Numbered from the stretch's first letter, positions 32,593 to 42,615 are shown. The stretch: DNA of 64,000 bases from Gammaproteobacteria bacterium (GCA_041499655.1 JBGQKQ010000001.1:255-64254); one strand, 5' to 3'. Numbers and translations: made by a program. The notes: generated by a model not told the origin, from the letters alone.

Positions 32593-33530
32593 TGGAGCGA
32601 GTTCAGCAGCGCCCGGAAATCCTCGGGCAAGGGTGCCGCGAAGCGCCTGCGCGCGCCGGAAACAGGGTGGGAAAACTCGAGCCGCGCGGCATGGAGTGCC
32701 TGGCGCTTGAGTTGCGCGTGCCCTGCTCCGTGCCCGCGCCCGCCGCGGTAAACGGGATCGCCCACCAGAGGATGACCGAGCGACTGCATGTGCACGCGAA
32801 TCTGGTGTGTCCTTCCGGTATCCAGGCTGCACTCGAGCAGCGAGGCGTGAGCGAAGCGTTTCGCCACCTTGTAACGGGTCAGCGCGGAGCGCCCCGCCGG
32901 CACCACCGCCATGCGCGTGCGGTTGCGCGGATCGCGGCCGAGCGGCGCGCTGACCTCTCCGCCCGCGCGGACTGCCCCGTGCACCAGGGCCAGGTATTCG
33001 CGCTTCACCGTTCTCGCCTGGATCTGTCGAACGAGCTCGGTCTGCGCTCTCAGAGTCTTCGCCACGACGAGGAGCCCGCTCGTGTCCTTGTCGAGCCGGT
33101 GTACGATGCCGGCCCGGGGAATCGCAGCGAGCTGCGGCGAGTGGTGCAAGAGCGCATTCAGCAGCGTTCCTTTCCAGTTGCCGCTTCCGGGATGAACGAC
33201 CAGGCCCGCCGGCTTGTTGATCACCAGGACCTCGTCGTCCTCGTAGATGATGTCGAGCGCGATGCGCTCGGGACGGTGCGCCGTTTCCCCAGGGCCCGGC
33301 TGCGGGAGGATCTCGACTCGCTCTCCGCCCCAGATTTTCTGCTTGGGCTCGGCCGAGTGCGAATCGAGGCTGACGTGCCCATCCCTCAGCCACTTCTGCA
33401 GGCGGTTTCGCGAATGCTCGGGAAACATCTGCGCGAGGGCCTTGTCCAAGCGAAGTCCGGCAAGGGTATCGGGAACGCATCGCGTTATCCTCGCCACGGT
33501 ATAATTTCCCGTTTCTTCCGACCGAACCAT
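32589..33530 (-). CDS. rluD: 23S rRNA pseudouridine(1911/1915/1917) synthase RluD
   Basis: S4-like N-terminus (RLDKALAQMFPEHSRNRLQKWLRDGHV) and catalytic HRLDKDTSGLLVVAK. The ATG at 33530 is preferred, giving 313 aa. Confidence 0.93.
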   Translation of the reverse strand: MVRSEETGNYTVARITRCVPDTLAGLRLDKALAQMFPEHSRNRLQKWLRDGHVSLDSHSAEPKQKIWGGERVEILPQPGPGETAHRPERIALDIIYEDDEVLVINKPAGLVVHPGSGNWKGTLLNALLHHSPQLAAIPRAGIVHRLDKDTSGLLVVAKTLRAQTELVRQIQARTVKREYLALVHGAVRAGGEVSAPLGRDPRNRTRMAVVPAGRSALTRYKVAKRFAHASLLECSLDTGRTHQIRVHMQSLGHPLVGDPVYRGGRGHGAGHAQLKRQALHAARLEFSHPVSGARRRFAAPLPEDFRALLNSLQ

Positions 33531-33531
33531 C

Positions 33532-34308
33532 GTGAAACGTAGTGTAGCTTTATTCGTCCTCGTCCTGACGGCGGCCTTGGCGGCGTGCTCGTTTATCGAC
33601 AAGCAGGATCCCACCAAGGGGATGTCCGTCGAAAAACTCTACGCCGAGGCGAAGGAGGCTCTCGACGGCGGCCAATACGACCTCGCGATCAAGCGCTACG
33701 AAACCCTGGAGGCGCGCTTTCCTTACGGGCGCTACTCACAACAGGGCCAGCTGGAGATCGCATACGCCTATTACAAGCAGAACGAACAGGCTTCCGCGGT
33801 CGCGGCTGCCGAGCGGTTCATGAAACTCCATCCCAATCATCCCAACGTCGACTACGCGTACTACCTCAAGGGTCTGGCTTACTTCAATGAGGACCTGGGC
33901 ATGCTGAGCAAGCTGTCCCAGCAGGATCGCACCGAGCGCGATCCCAAGTCGGCGCGGGAGTCGTTCGATGCGTTCAAGGACCTGGCTCAGCGTTTTCCCG
34001 AAAGCAAGTACACACCCGATGCGCTCGCGCGCATGAAATACCTTGTCAACGCGCTTGCTTCTCACGAGGTGCACGTCGCCCGCTGGTACATCAAGCGGGA
34101 GGCCTACGTCGCGGCGGCCAACCGCGCGCAATACGCGCTGAAGAACTACCCCGACGCGCCAGCCCAGGAAGAGGCCCTCCTCATCATGATCCAGGCCTAC
34201 AACGCGCTCGGAATGGCGGACCTGCGAGACGACGCCGAACGCATCCTGAGAAAGAATTTTCCCGACAGCGAGCAGCTGAAGAGCATGCTCAGTCAGCTCG
34301 GTCGCTGA
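33532..34308 (+). CDS. bamD: Outer membrane protein assembly factor BamD
   Basis: GTG start, lipobox LAAC, TPR-like sequence (YDLAIKRYETLEARFPYGRYSQQGQLEIAYAYYK), and rluD-bamD divergent synteny. Confidence 0.92.
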   Translation: MKRSVALFVLVLTAALAACSFIDKQDPTKGMSVEKLYAEAKEALDGGQYDLAIKRYETLEARFPYGRYSQQGQLEIAYAYYKQNEQASAVAAAERFMKLHPNHPNVDYAYYLKGLAYFNEDLGMLSKLSQQDRTERDPKSARESFDAFKDLAQRFPESKYTPDALARMKYLVNALASHEVHVARWYIKREAYVAAANRAQYALKNYPDAPAQEEALLIMIQAYNALGMADLRDDAERILRKNFPDSEQLKSMLSQLGR

Positions 34309-36256
34309 CGGCGGACCGGCCCGGAGCCTCGAAATTGGGCTTGAGGAAGAGCACGGCCTCGTCGAGCTCGCGCACGAGCCTCATCGGCGGCAGGCTGGCG
34401 AGGATTCGCCTGCCGTAGGGCTTTCCGAGCAGTCTCGGGTCGCAGATCACCAGCACGCCCCGGTCGTTCTCGTCGCGTATCAGCCTCCCCGCTCCCTGCT
34501 TCAACGCAATGGTGGCCTGCGGCAGCTGATAGTCGAGAAAGGGATTGCCCCCGCCGCGTTCCAGCGACTCGAGCCGCGCGGCGAGTACCGGATCGTCGGG
34601 CGGCGCAAATGGAAGCTTGTCGATGACCACCAGCGACAAGGCCTCGCCGCGCACGTCCACTCCTTCCCAGAAGCTGGCGCTTCCCACCAAGACGGCGTTC
34701 CCCAGCGTGCGAAAGCGCTCGAGCAGGTCGCTGCGGGAGCCCTGTCCTTGGAGCATCAGGGAAAACGGGAGCCCCGCACGGTCGAACTCCTCGCGCAAAA
34801 GCCGGTGAGCGAGGCGCATCGCGCGCAGGGTGGTGAACAGGACAAAGGCGCGCCCGCCGCTCGCCCGGATCAGGGGAAGCGAGGCTGCAATGACCGCGCG
34901 CGTGTGCTCCTCGCTGTTGGGGTCGGGAAGGTTCTTCGGAACATAGAGCAGGGCCTGGGACGCATAGTCGAACGGGCTGTCCCAGCAGGCCGTGCGAGCG
35001 TCGTGCAGACCCATTTCCTTGCTGTAGTGCCCAAAGTCGCCCGCGACGGCGAGCGTCGCGGAAGTAAAAATCCAGGAGCGTGGCCGGCTGTTGAGCTGCT
35101 TTTGAAAGATCTCGGCGACCGAAAGCGGCGTGGCGTTCAGCCTGAGCGCATGGCTCAGCACCTCTACCCACCGAACCAGGTCGGCGCGGTCTTCGTCCCG
35201 CCAGCGCTCGAGCATCGCCCGCGCCTGTCTCGCGCGCTCGGAGCACCGCGCGAGACCCTCGCTTCTTTCCGCTAGAACTTCGAGGGCGTCGTTCAGCGAA
35301 GCCAAGGCAGAGTCGAGCGCCGCGAGCGCGTCCGAGAACCCGTTCTCCCGGAAAGCCGATACGGCGGCGAGACGCGCGCCTTCCCTGGGCAGGACCAGGC
35401 GCAGGTCACGCGCCGCCTTCTCGAGGGCAGCGGCGAGCTGCTGCGCCTCCGGCGTGTCCCCGGCTCCCGCAAGCGTCTCGGCACGAACGTCGCGCGAAAG
35501 CTCGAGGAGCTGCGCAGTAGACAGGGTCTCGCCAAAAAAGAGGGTTGCCGTGTCCGGAAGCTGGTGCGCTTCGTCGAGAATCACCGTATTGCACGCAGGA
35601 AGGAGCTCCGTCATCCCCTCGTCCTTGAGCATCACGTCGGCGAAGAACAGGTGATGGTTCACCACGACGAAGTCGGCGCCAAGCGCCTCGCGCCTCGCGG
35701 CCATGACAAAGCAGTCGCGATGTCGCGGGCACGATTGCCCCAGACAGTTCTCCCGGGTCGAGGTCGCGAGATCCCAGGCACGAGCTTCCTCCGGCACCTC
35801 GCCAAGCTCGCTCTTGTCTCCAGTGCGGGTCACTCGCGCGAAGCTCGCGATCCGCCGCAGATCGGTTTCGACGTCGCGCCCGTGCAGATGGGCTTCGAGA
35901 TGGCGCTCCAGGTGATAGTGGCAAACGTAGTTGGCGCGCCCCTTGAGGAGAGCCGTGGTGGCCGGAACACCGAGGGCTGCACGCACTATCGGCAAATCCC
36001 GTCGGTAGAGCTGATCCTGTAGAGTCTTGGTGCCCGTTGAAATGATCACTTTGCCTGCGGAAAGAAGCGCCGGAACGAGATAGGCGAAAGTCTTGCCGGT
36101 GCCGGTTCCCGCCTCGCACAGCAGAACGGCGTTGTCCCGGATCGCCTCGGCAACCCGGGCGGCCATCTGGAACTGCTGCGACCTGACGCGGTACTCGGGG
36201 ATTTTCGCGGCGAGCGGCCCGGTCGGGCCGAAAATCACCTCGAGATGCTCACTCAT
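34289..36256 (-). CDS. ATP-dependent DNA helicase, DinG/YoaA (XPD-like Fe-S) family
   Basis: ATG at 36256 after a GGAGAA Shine-Dalgarno. Walker A CEAGTGTGKTFAY, DEAH box VILDEAHQL, and a Cys cluster (C...CLGQSCPRHRDCF). Confidence 0.9.
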   Translation of the reverse strand: MSEHLEVIFGPTGPLAAKIPEYRVRSQQFQMAARVAEAIRDNAVLLCEAGTGTGKTFAYLVPALLSAGKVIISTGTKTLQDQLYRRDLPIVRAALGVPATTALLKGRANYVCHYHLERHLEAHLHGRDVETDLRRIASFARVTRTGDKSELGEVPEEARAWDLATSTRENCLGQSCPRHRDCFVMAARREALGADFVVVNHHLFFADVMLKDEGMTELLPACNTVILDEAHQLPDTATLFFGETLSTAQLLELSRDVRAETLAGAGDTPEAQQLAAALEKAARDLRLVLPREGARLAAVSAFRENGFSDALAALDSALASLNDALEVLAERSEGLARCSERARQARAMLERWRDEDRADLVRWVEVLSHALRLNATPLSVAEIFQKQLNSRPRSWIFTSATLAVAGDFGHYSKEMGLHDARTACWDSPFDYASQALLYVPKNLPDPNSEEHTRAVIAASLPLIRASGGRAFVLFTTLRAMRLAHRLLREEFDRAGLPFSLMLQGQGSRSDLLERFRTLGNAVLVGSASFWEGVDVRGEALSLVVIDKLPFAPPDDPVLAARLESLERGGGNPFLDYQLPQATIALKQGAGRLIRDENDRGVLVICDPRLLGKPYGRRILASLPPMRLVRELDEAVLFLKPNFEAPGRSAVSDRAD

Positions 36257-36375
36257 GAGGATTTTCTCCGGGCTTGCCCCTCTAAACCCGATAACGTTGC
36301 AGGGCCGAAGTGAGTTCATCGGTGCGCCGTCAGCCGCTTTACAGTCATGGCACGATGGTCTAAGGTACTTTAATT

Positions 36376-36822
36376 ATGCGCTGCAACTATATGTTTTTCA
36401 GCGTTTTGGTGATCTGCGGCTGCGCAACCCCGCCGCAGCCGTCACCGCGCAGTCCTGAGCTCGTGTTTCAGGCGCTCGCTACGGCCGGGGTGCCTTATCG
36501 GCGCGGCGGAGAGTCGCCCGAGACCGGCTTCGACTGCAGCGGCCTGGTCGCCCACGTATACCGCGAGGCCTTCGGCGTTCAGTTGCCGCACAACGCCCTC
36601 GCGCAGAGCCGCATGGGGAAACACGTGACTCGATCGGGACTTGAAGCGGGCGACCTGGTCTTCTACAACACCGAGCGGCGCCCCTACTCTCATGTGGGGA
36701 TCTATCTCGGAGACCATCGCTTCATCCATGCGCCCAAGCCGGGAACCGCGGTGCGCATCGAGGACATGCGGACGGCTTACTGGAGCCGGCGCTTTGACGG
36801 GGCGCGGCGCGTCATGGAGTAG
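36376..36822 (+). CDS. NlpC/P60 (C40) peptidoglycan endopeptidase lipoprotein
   Basis: Lipobox VICGC, catalytic GFDCSGLVAHVY, and HVGIYLG...FIHAP. Confidence 0.88.
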   Translation: MRCNYMFFSVLVICGCATPPQPSPRSPELVFQALATAGVPYRRGGESPETGFDCSGLVAHVYREAFGVQLPHNALAQSRMGKHVTRSGLEAGDLVFYNTERRPYSHVGIYLGDHRFIHAPKPGTAVRIEDMRTAYWSRRFDGARRVME

Positions 36823-36838
36823 ATCGGCCCGACTCGAA

Positions 36839-37561
36839 TCACCCTGTCCTTAGCTCGAAAATCACCGGGACATCGACCGTGAACTCGCGTCCGCGCGGCG
36901 CCGGCTGAACCTGCGCCATGGCGCTGAACGCCTTTCTCACCATGTCGAGCGCCTGATCGTCCAGTATCTGATACCGGCTCGAGCTTTTCACGAGCGCGCT
37001 CTTGATCGTCCCGTTCGCATCGACCACAACACGAATCTCGACCCGCCCCTCCCAGCCTCTCTCCATCGCCTGCACCGGATAGCGCTTGTAACGCTTGGCC
37101 GCATTGATCAGCGCAAGGCGATAGGCGTCGAACAAATTCGAGTCGGGCGCCTCCGCCGAAACCTTGGCGGACACCGCACTCGGAGCCGGCTCCGGGGAAC
37201 TGGACGCAAGCAATGGTGGTGCCGCGGGCGGCGGGGTCGGCTCCTGGGTCGAAGTCGGCTCCACAGCCGTAGCGACGGGGGCGGGATCGACGGGCCTCTG
37301 GATCGGAACCTGGGACTCGGCTTCACGCCACTGGCGGGGCTTTCGTGGGACGGGAACCGGAGCAACGGCGGCGGGCTCGGTTCGGGACGCAAACAATGCG
37401 GTTAGCGCTCGCGCATCATCCGGGTGATCCGCGGGCCGCAAGGCCGGAAACGAGAACATTGCCAGTCCATGCAGCGCGACCGAGACGCCCAGGCACACGT
37501 ACAGCGTGCGCACCTGCCGATCGTGATTCAAGCGTACCGTGTCGGGATTGGGGTACCACAT
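36839..37561 (-). CDS. TonB-family energy transducer-like protein (240 aa)
   Basis: The ATG at 37561 is followed by an N-terminal TM helix, a Pro-rich spacer (PVPVPRKP...EPTPPPAAPP), and a TonB_C-like end (YPVQAMERGWEGRVEIRVVVDANG....V..SS....LD.A). The track ORF extends spuriously into the next gene. Confidence 0.8.
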   Translation of the reverse strand: MWYPNPDTVRLNHDRQVRTLYVCLGVSVALHGLAMFSFPALRPADHPDDARALTALFASRTEPAAVAPVPVPRKPRQWREAESQVPIQRPVDPAPVATAVEPTSTQEPTPPPAAPPLLASSSPEPAPSAVSAKVSAEAPDSNLFDAYRLALINAAKRYKRYPVQAMERGWEGRVEIRVVVDANGTIKSALVKSSSRYQILDDQALDMVRKAFSAMAQVQPAPRGREFTVDVPVIFELRTG

Positions 37562-37578
37562 TGACTCTAGTATTGCAC

Positions 37579-38592
37579 TTACGCCGACTTCCGGTAATAG
37601 CTCCGGTACCACTCGGCAAATCGCCGTACGCCGACCTCGATCGGCGTCTGTGGCTTGTAGCCGACCGCTTGCTGCAGCTCGCCGACGTCGGCAAACGTCG
37701 CGGGTACATCTCCCGCCTGCATGGGCAGAAGCTCGAGTTGAGCCTTCTTGCCGAGGCATTGCTCGAGTACCTCGATGTAGCGCATCAGCTTCACTGGCTG
37801 GTTGTTGCCGATGTTGTAGATGCGCCATGGCGCATAGCTCGTCGCCGGATCCGGCCGCTCGCCGCTCCAGCCTGCCGCGGGAGCGGCGGGCTTGTCCATG
37901 GTTCGGATAACGCCCTCGACGATGTCGTCGACATAGGTGAAATCGCGCACCATATCGCCGCGGTTGAAGACCGGGATGGGACGTCCGGCGAGGATTCCCT
38001 CGGTGAACTTGAACAGCGCCATGTCGGGCCGCCCCCAGGGACCGTACACGGTAAAGAAGCGCAGGCCGGTGCACGACATTCCGTACAAGCTTGCGTAGCT
38101 ATGCGCCATCAGCTCGTTCGCCTTTTTCGTGGCGGCGTACAGCGATACCGGATGATCAACGTTGTCGTGCTCGGAAAACGGCAGGCGGGTGTTCGCGCCG
38201 TAGACCGAGCTGCTCGAGGCGAAAACCAGGTGACCGACGCGCGCGTGGCGGCACCCTTCGAGCACGTGCAGGAACCCGACGAGGTTCGCATCGATGTAGG
38301 CGGAGGGATTCTCGATTGAGTAGCGCACTCCGGCCTGAGCTGCCAGATGCACAGCCGCATCGAACTTGGTCGCGGCGAACAGGTCGGCCATCGGGCCACG
38401 CTCGACGATGTCGACCTTCTGGAAAAGAAAGCCCGGGCGGGTCTTGAGGCGGTCGAGCCGTGCATGCTTCAGCCGCACGTCGTAATAGTCGTTCAGATTA
38501 TCGATCCCCACGACTTGGTCGCCGCGGTCCAGCAGGCGATGCGTCAGCGTAGACCCAATGAATCCCGCGGCCCCGGTAACTAGAACTTTCAT
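37579..38592 (-). CDS. NAD-dependent nucleotide-sugar epimerase, UDP-glucuronate 4-epimerase-like
   Basis: 337 aa with TGAAGFIGS, YAATKKANE (YxxxK), and LRFFTVYGPWGRPDMA, which is typical of the Cap1J/LpsL-type uronate epimerases. Confidence 0.85.
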   Translation of the reverse strand: MKVLVTGAAGFIGSTLTHRLLDRGDQVVGIDNLNDYYDVRLKHARLDRLKTRPGFLFQKVDIVERGPMADLFAATKFDAAVHLAAQAGVRYSIENPSAYIDANLVGFLHVLEGCRHARVGHLVFASSSSVYGANTRLPFSEHDNVDHPVSLYAATKKANELMAHSYASLYGMSCTGLRFFTVYGPWGRPDMALFKFTEGILAGRPIPVFNRGDMVRDFTYVDDIVEGVIRTMDKPAAPAAGWSGERPDPATSYAPWRIYNIGNNQPVKLMRYIEVLEQCLGKKAQLELLPMQAGDVPATFADVGELQQAVGYKPQTPIEVGVRRFAEWYRSYYRKSA

Positions 38593-38653
38593 CTTCGAAC
38601 GATTCCTCCCCGTGTATGCCCGGCGGCGCGCTCGCCGTCCGCCGATCCTTTGC

Positions 38654-39697
38654 TTACGCGCGAACCACCGCCTGGGTACCGGTCTCCCGGTACCCGTGGG
38701 GGTTCTGGCTTTGCCACCGCCAGGTGTCGCGGCACATGTCGTCGAGCCCGAAATGTGCCTTCCACCCGAGGAGGCTCTCCGCGAGCGACGGGTCGGCGTA
38801 CGATTCGGCTACGTCGCCCGCGCGTCTCGCGACCTTCTCCGTCGGAATCGATCGGCCGCTCACGCGTTCGAAGGCCCGTACCGCTTCGAGCACCGAGATT
38901 CCGTGCCCGGTGCCGAGGTTCACGGTGAACCCACGCTGATCGCGCCGCAGCGCGTCGAGCGCGGCCACGTGGCCGCGCGCGAGGTCCACCACGTGAATAT
39001 AGTCGCGCACCCCCGTTCCGTCGCGCGTCGGATAGTCGCTGCCGAACAGCCGTACCCTGTCGCGAAGTCCCGCGGCGACCTGGGCAATGTTAGGCATCAG
39101 ATTGTTCGGAACCCCCTGGGGATCCTCGCCGATCAGGCCGCTCAAATGCGCCCCGACGGGGTTGAAGTACCGCAGCAGGGCGACGCGCCAACGGTCCGGG
39201 TCGGAAGCCGAGAGATCCCCGAGGATTCTCTCGACCATCCACTTCGTCTGGCCGTAGGGATTCGTGGGGCCGAGCGGTGCATCTTCTCGGATCGGCATCG
39301 ACGAAGCGTTCCCATAGACGGTTGCAGAGGAGGAGAAGACCAACGTTCCCAGTCCTGCCTCCGCCATCGCCCGGCACAGCGCTAACGCCCCCTGCACGTT
39401 GTTGTCGTAGTATTCGATCGGCTTTTCCACCGATTCGCCCACCGCCTTGAGCCCGGCGAAATGAATCACCGCGTCGAATCGATGCCGGGCGAACACCTCC
39501 CGCAAGGCTCTCACATCGCGGACGTCGGCCTTTGCGAATTCGGGGGATGTGCCCACTATTCGCGCGATGCGCTCCAGCACCGCGGCGTGGCTGTTGCAGA
39601 GATTGTCCAGCACGACCACCTCGTGCCCCGCCTGCATGAGCTCGACGCAGGCGTGAGAGCCGATATAGCCGGCTCCCCCTGTTACCAGCACCTTCAT
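38654..39697 (-). CDS. galE: UDP-glucose 4-epimerase
   Basis: The ATG at 39697 gives MKVLVTGGAGYIGSH. SSSATVYG, YGQTKWMVE and LRYFNPVGAH motifs are present. Confidence 0.93.
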   Translation of the reverse strand: MKVLVTGGAGYIGSHACVELMQAGHEVVVLDNLCNSHAAVLERIARIVGTSPEFAKADVRDVRALREVFARHRFDAVIHFAGLKAVGESVEKPIEYYDNNVQGALALCRAMAEAGLGTLVFSSSATVYGNASSMPIREDAPLGPTNPYGQTKWMVERILGDLSASDPDRWRVALLRYFNPVGAHLSGLIGEDPQGVPNNLMPNIAQVAAGLRDRVRLFGSDYPTRDGTGVRDYIHVVDLARGHVAALDALRRDQRGFTVNLGTGHGISVLEAVRAFERVSGRSIPTEKVARRAGDVAESYADPSLAESLLGWKAHFGLDDMCRDTWRWQSQNPHGYRETGTQAVVRA

Positions 39698-39971
39698 GAC
39701 GGTTGCGCTCGCCCTCACATTCGGCGGAGAGGCCGTCCGGACCCGGACGAGCTCCGCAATTGAGCATCAAAGGAGATCGATTCCACGAGGGTTCTCGTGC
39801 GAGCGCGGAGTCTAGCCGATTTTTGCGGCGGTCGCCTCGACCGCCGAAGGGTACCCGAAAAGCGTTCTTCCGCTACGGGCTCAGGAAGTGTCGATGCTGG
39901 AGGCGAGTCGGCGTTGCCGCAGAAACCGGCACGGAAACGAAGAGCCTTCCGCCAGGGCGTGCCCGGAAATC

Positions 39972-40205
39972 TTAGTGGACGCGGCGCCCGCCGGTGGCCT
40001 CGCGCCGCGCTTTGATTTGGGCTGCCGCGCGCGACGGGACCCGGGCGCGCTTGGCGCGACGCAGGTAACTCAAGACTGGAGGAGAAAGTTGCCCGGCATT
40101 TCCGTAGACCTCGCCCCGGTGGGTAAAGCGCCCAAACAGATAGGCAACGGCCATCCCGACCAAAGGCCACGTAACCAGTACTGCCACCCACGTGATCCAA
40201 CTCAT
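39972..40205 (-). CDS. Hypothetical small membrane protein (77 aa), weakly supported
   Basis: The ATG at 40205 gives one hydrophobic helix (MSWITWVAVLVTWPLVGMAVAYLF) and a basic tail. I recognise no family, and the region otherwise has poor coding character. Confidence 0.3.
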   Translation of the reverse strand: MSWITWVAVLVTWPLVGMAVAYLFGRFTHRGEVYGNAGQLSPPVLSYLRRAKRARVPSRAAAQIKARREATGGRRVH

Positions 40206-40466
40206 AAGCCCCTTCCACGACAGGAAGTTAGACCCACCCCTTAGACCGGGCCAATCGGTAGCGCAATGACAATAGCATGAAGTTGCGGACGAAGCCAAGG
40301 GCTGGCCGGCCCCGGCTCGATACTTCCCAGCGCCGTGATGCGCATTAGTAACGGGATTTGAAGACCGGGGGCCGGTCCTGTCTCCTCCCGGCGACACAGT
40401 TCGTCCGGACCGCGCCGGGATGACGGCCCCTACCCCGGCGAGAGACTCGCACCGCCTGCCCGTCCG

Positions 40467-41318
40467 TCACTGAATGGGAAGGAGGTTCTTCTGCATCAAG
40501 ACCGAGTGCATGGTATCGAATTCGAAGTCCTCGAGCAGCCGGCCCAAGCGTTCTGCGCATCGGTCCAGGTTGAGATAGTGCCGAAAACGCGACAAGACAC
40601 TCGCATCGTTCACGCGCGGCTGCCCGGGATCGACCTCCCAAGGGTGGACATAGAAGACGAACTCCTGCTTCTGCTCGTTCAGCCGCCGAAGCGCCCAGCG
40701 CGTGAAGCTATACGGGAAAAGCCGGAAGTATCCGCCGCCGGCGACGGGAACCTTGGCGCCGTGATAGCGCAGCACCGATATCGGGAATTCGACCAGACGA
40801 CCGCCGCCGGGCGTTGTCAGGAGGTGCGGCCTAGGCTCCGCGTCGGGTATCCCATAACGGTCGTGGCGCATCGGGAATATGCTCGAGTCGTAGCGAAATC
40901 CCTCCTCGCACAGGATGTCGAGCGCCCAGAGGGAACGGCGCGTTATCGAATAGGTCGCGGCCCTGTAGCCTATTACGGGCTTCTGCGCCAAGTCCTCCAG
41001 CAGCGCCTTGGCGTCGCGCGTCTCGCGCTGAAATTCGACCGGGCTCTGGGTGTATATCAACCGATGGCTCATGCCATGCGAGGCGACCTCGTGACCCGAC
41101 GCAGCAATCTGGCGCACGATCTCCGGGTGCTTGCGGGCAACCCATCCGAGCACGAAGAACGTAGCGCGGACCTCGCGACGCGCAAGCAGCTCAAGAAGGG
41201 TCGACGTGCTCGCCCCTACGCGCGTTGGGAAATCTTTCCAGGTGTTCCGGTCAATCGCGTTTGCGAAGCCTTCGACCTGAAAATAGTCCTCCACATCCAC
41301 CGTGAAGGCGTTTTTCAT
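40467..41318 (-). CDS. Polysaccharide deacetylase (CE4), resembling the exosortase/PEP-CTERM-locus subfamily
   Basis: The ATG at 41318 gives MKNAFTVDVEDYFQV. ATFFVLGWVA and HEVASHGMSH NodB motifs are present. The subfamily assignment is from memory of the FTVDVEDYFQV signature. Confidence 0.85.
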   Translation of the reverse strand: MKNAFTVDVEDYFQVEGFANAIDRNTWKDFPTRVGASTSTLLELLARREVRATFFVLGWVARKHPEIVRQIAASGHEVASHGMSHRLIYTQSPVEFQRETRDAKALLEDLAQKPVIGYRAATYSITRRSLWALDILCEEGFRYDSSIFPMRHDRYGIPDAEPRPHLLTTPGGGRLVEFPISVLRYHGAKVPVAGGGYFRLFPYSFTRWALRRLNEQKQEFVFYVHPWEVDPGQPRVNDASVLSRFRHYLNLDRCAERLGRLLEDFEFDTMHSVLMQKNLLPIQ

Positions 41319-41334
41319 CGGAACCCCGGAGGAA

Positions 41335-42615
41335 TCAGAGCCTCCATACCGACAGGCCCGCTGCCCGCAAGGCCGAGGAATCAAAGCGCGCCTTCACGTC
41401 CAAGAAACAGCCGCTGGGCACAAGCTTCGCGGCCAGCTGCGCCGCAGACAATGCAACGAACTGCTTGTGGGCCACTGCGACGATCATCGCATCGGCGCGC
41501 GGCAGCGCCTCCCATGAGACCAGCTCAATGCCGTATTCATGGACCGCTTCCTGCGGGCTGGGCACGGGATCGTGGACTCGCACCTCGATCCCGAACGTCT
41601 TGAGTTCGTTGATAACATCGATCACCTTGGAATTCCGCAGATCGGGCACGTCCTCCTTGAATGTCAGCCCGAGCACGTTGACCTTGGCCCCTTTGACAGA
41701 GTGCCCGCTGCGAATAAGCTCCTTTACGGTCTGCTCGGCGATGAACTTCCCCATGTCGTCATTGATGCGACGGCCCGCGAGAATGACTTCGGGGTGATAG
41801 CCGAGCATCTCGGCCTTGTGCGTGAGGTAGTAGGGATCCACACCGATACAATGGCCACCGACCAGCCCCGGACGAAACGGCAGGAAATTCCACTTCGTCC
41901 CAGCCGCCTCCAGCACCTCGAGCGTATCGATCCCGATCTTGCGGAAAATGATGGACAGCTCGTTCATGAGCGCGATATTCAGATCCCGCTGCGTGTTCTC
42001 GATGACCTTGGCCGCCTCGGCAACCTTGATGCTCGATGCGCGGTAGACCCCGGCCTTGACCACGGCGGCGTAGACTGCGGCGACTTTTTCCAAAGTCTCC
42101 GGCGTGTCGCCTGAGACGACTTTCGTGATTCTGGTGAGGGTGTGCTCCTTGTCGCCCGGGTTGATACGCTCGGGAGAATAGCCGACGTTGAAGTCCTTGA
42201 GCCATTTCATTCCCGAATTCTTCTCGAGCACCGGAATGCACACTTCCTCGGTAGCGCCCGGATACACGGTTGACTCGTAGACGACGACAGCGCCGCGCTT
42301 CATATGCTTTCCCACAGTGGTGCTCGAGCCTACCAGCGGCCCGAAATCCGGCCGGCGGGCCAGGTCGATCGGGGTCGGCACGGCGACGATGATGACGTCC
42401 GCTGCCGCGAGATCCTTGGGGTCTGTGGTGACTGTGAGTTGCGATGCGCCTCGGAGATCCTCGCTCGAGATCTCGCCGGTCGGGTCAATGTGGCGACGAT
42501 AGCTCGCCACCTTTTCGGCGCTCAGGTCGTAGCCAATCGTCCGAAATTTCCTGCCGAACTCCACCGCAAGCGGCAGACCGACATAGCCAAGCCCTACGAC
42601 AGCTACTACGCTCAT
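41335..42615 (-). CDS. UDP-N-acetyl-hexosamine 6-dehydrogenase (TviB/WbpO-like nucleotide-sugar dehydrogenase)
   Basis: The ATG at 42615 gives MSVVAVVGLGYVGLPLA. The catalytic GGHCIGVDPYY motif is present, and the protein is 426 aa. Confidence 0.9.
   Translation of the reverse strand: MSVVAVVGLGYVGLPLAVEFGRKFRTIGYDLSAEKVASYRRHIDPTGEISSEDLRGASQLTVTTDPKDLAAADVIIVAVPTPIDLARRPDFGPLVGSSTTVGKHMKRGAVVVYESTVYPGATEEVCIPVLEKNSGMKWLKDFNVGYSPERINPGDKEHTLTRITKVVSGDTPETLEKVAAVYAAVVKAGVYRASSIKVAEAAKVIENTQRDLNIALMNELSIIFRKIGIDTLEVLEAAGTKWNFLPFRPGLVGGHCIGVDPYYLTHKAEMLGYHPEVILAGRRINDDMGKFIAEQTVKELIRSGHSVKGAKVNVLGLTFKEDVPDLRNSKVIDVINELKTFGIEVRVHDPVPSPQEAVHEYGIELVSWEALPRADAMIVAVAHKQFVALSAAQLAAKLVPSGCFLDVKARFDSSALRAAGLSVWRL

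Noticed and set aside
31849-33480. 543-aa ORF (and similarly the 36839..38074 411-aa, 4899..5732 277-aa and 28215..28787 190-aa ORFs)
   Set aside because: Only the C-terminal parts match real families (PgeF, TonB-like, NuoE, dodecin). The N-terminal extensions run through neighbouring genes in other frames. Internal starts with overlap or Shine-Dalgarno support were chosen instead.
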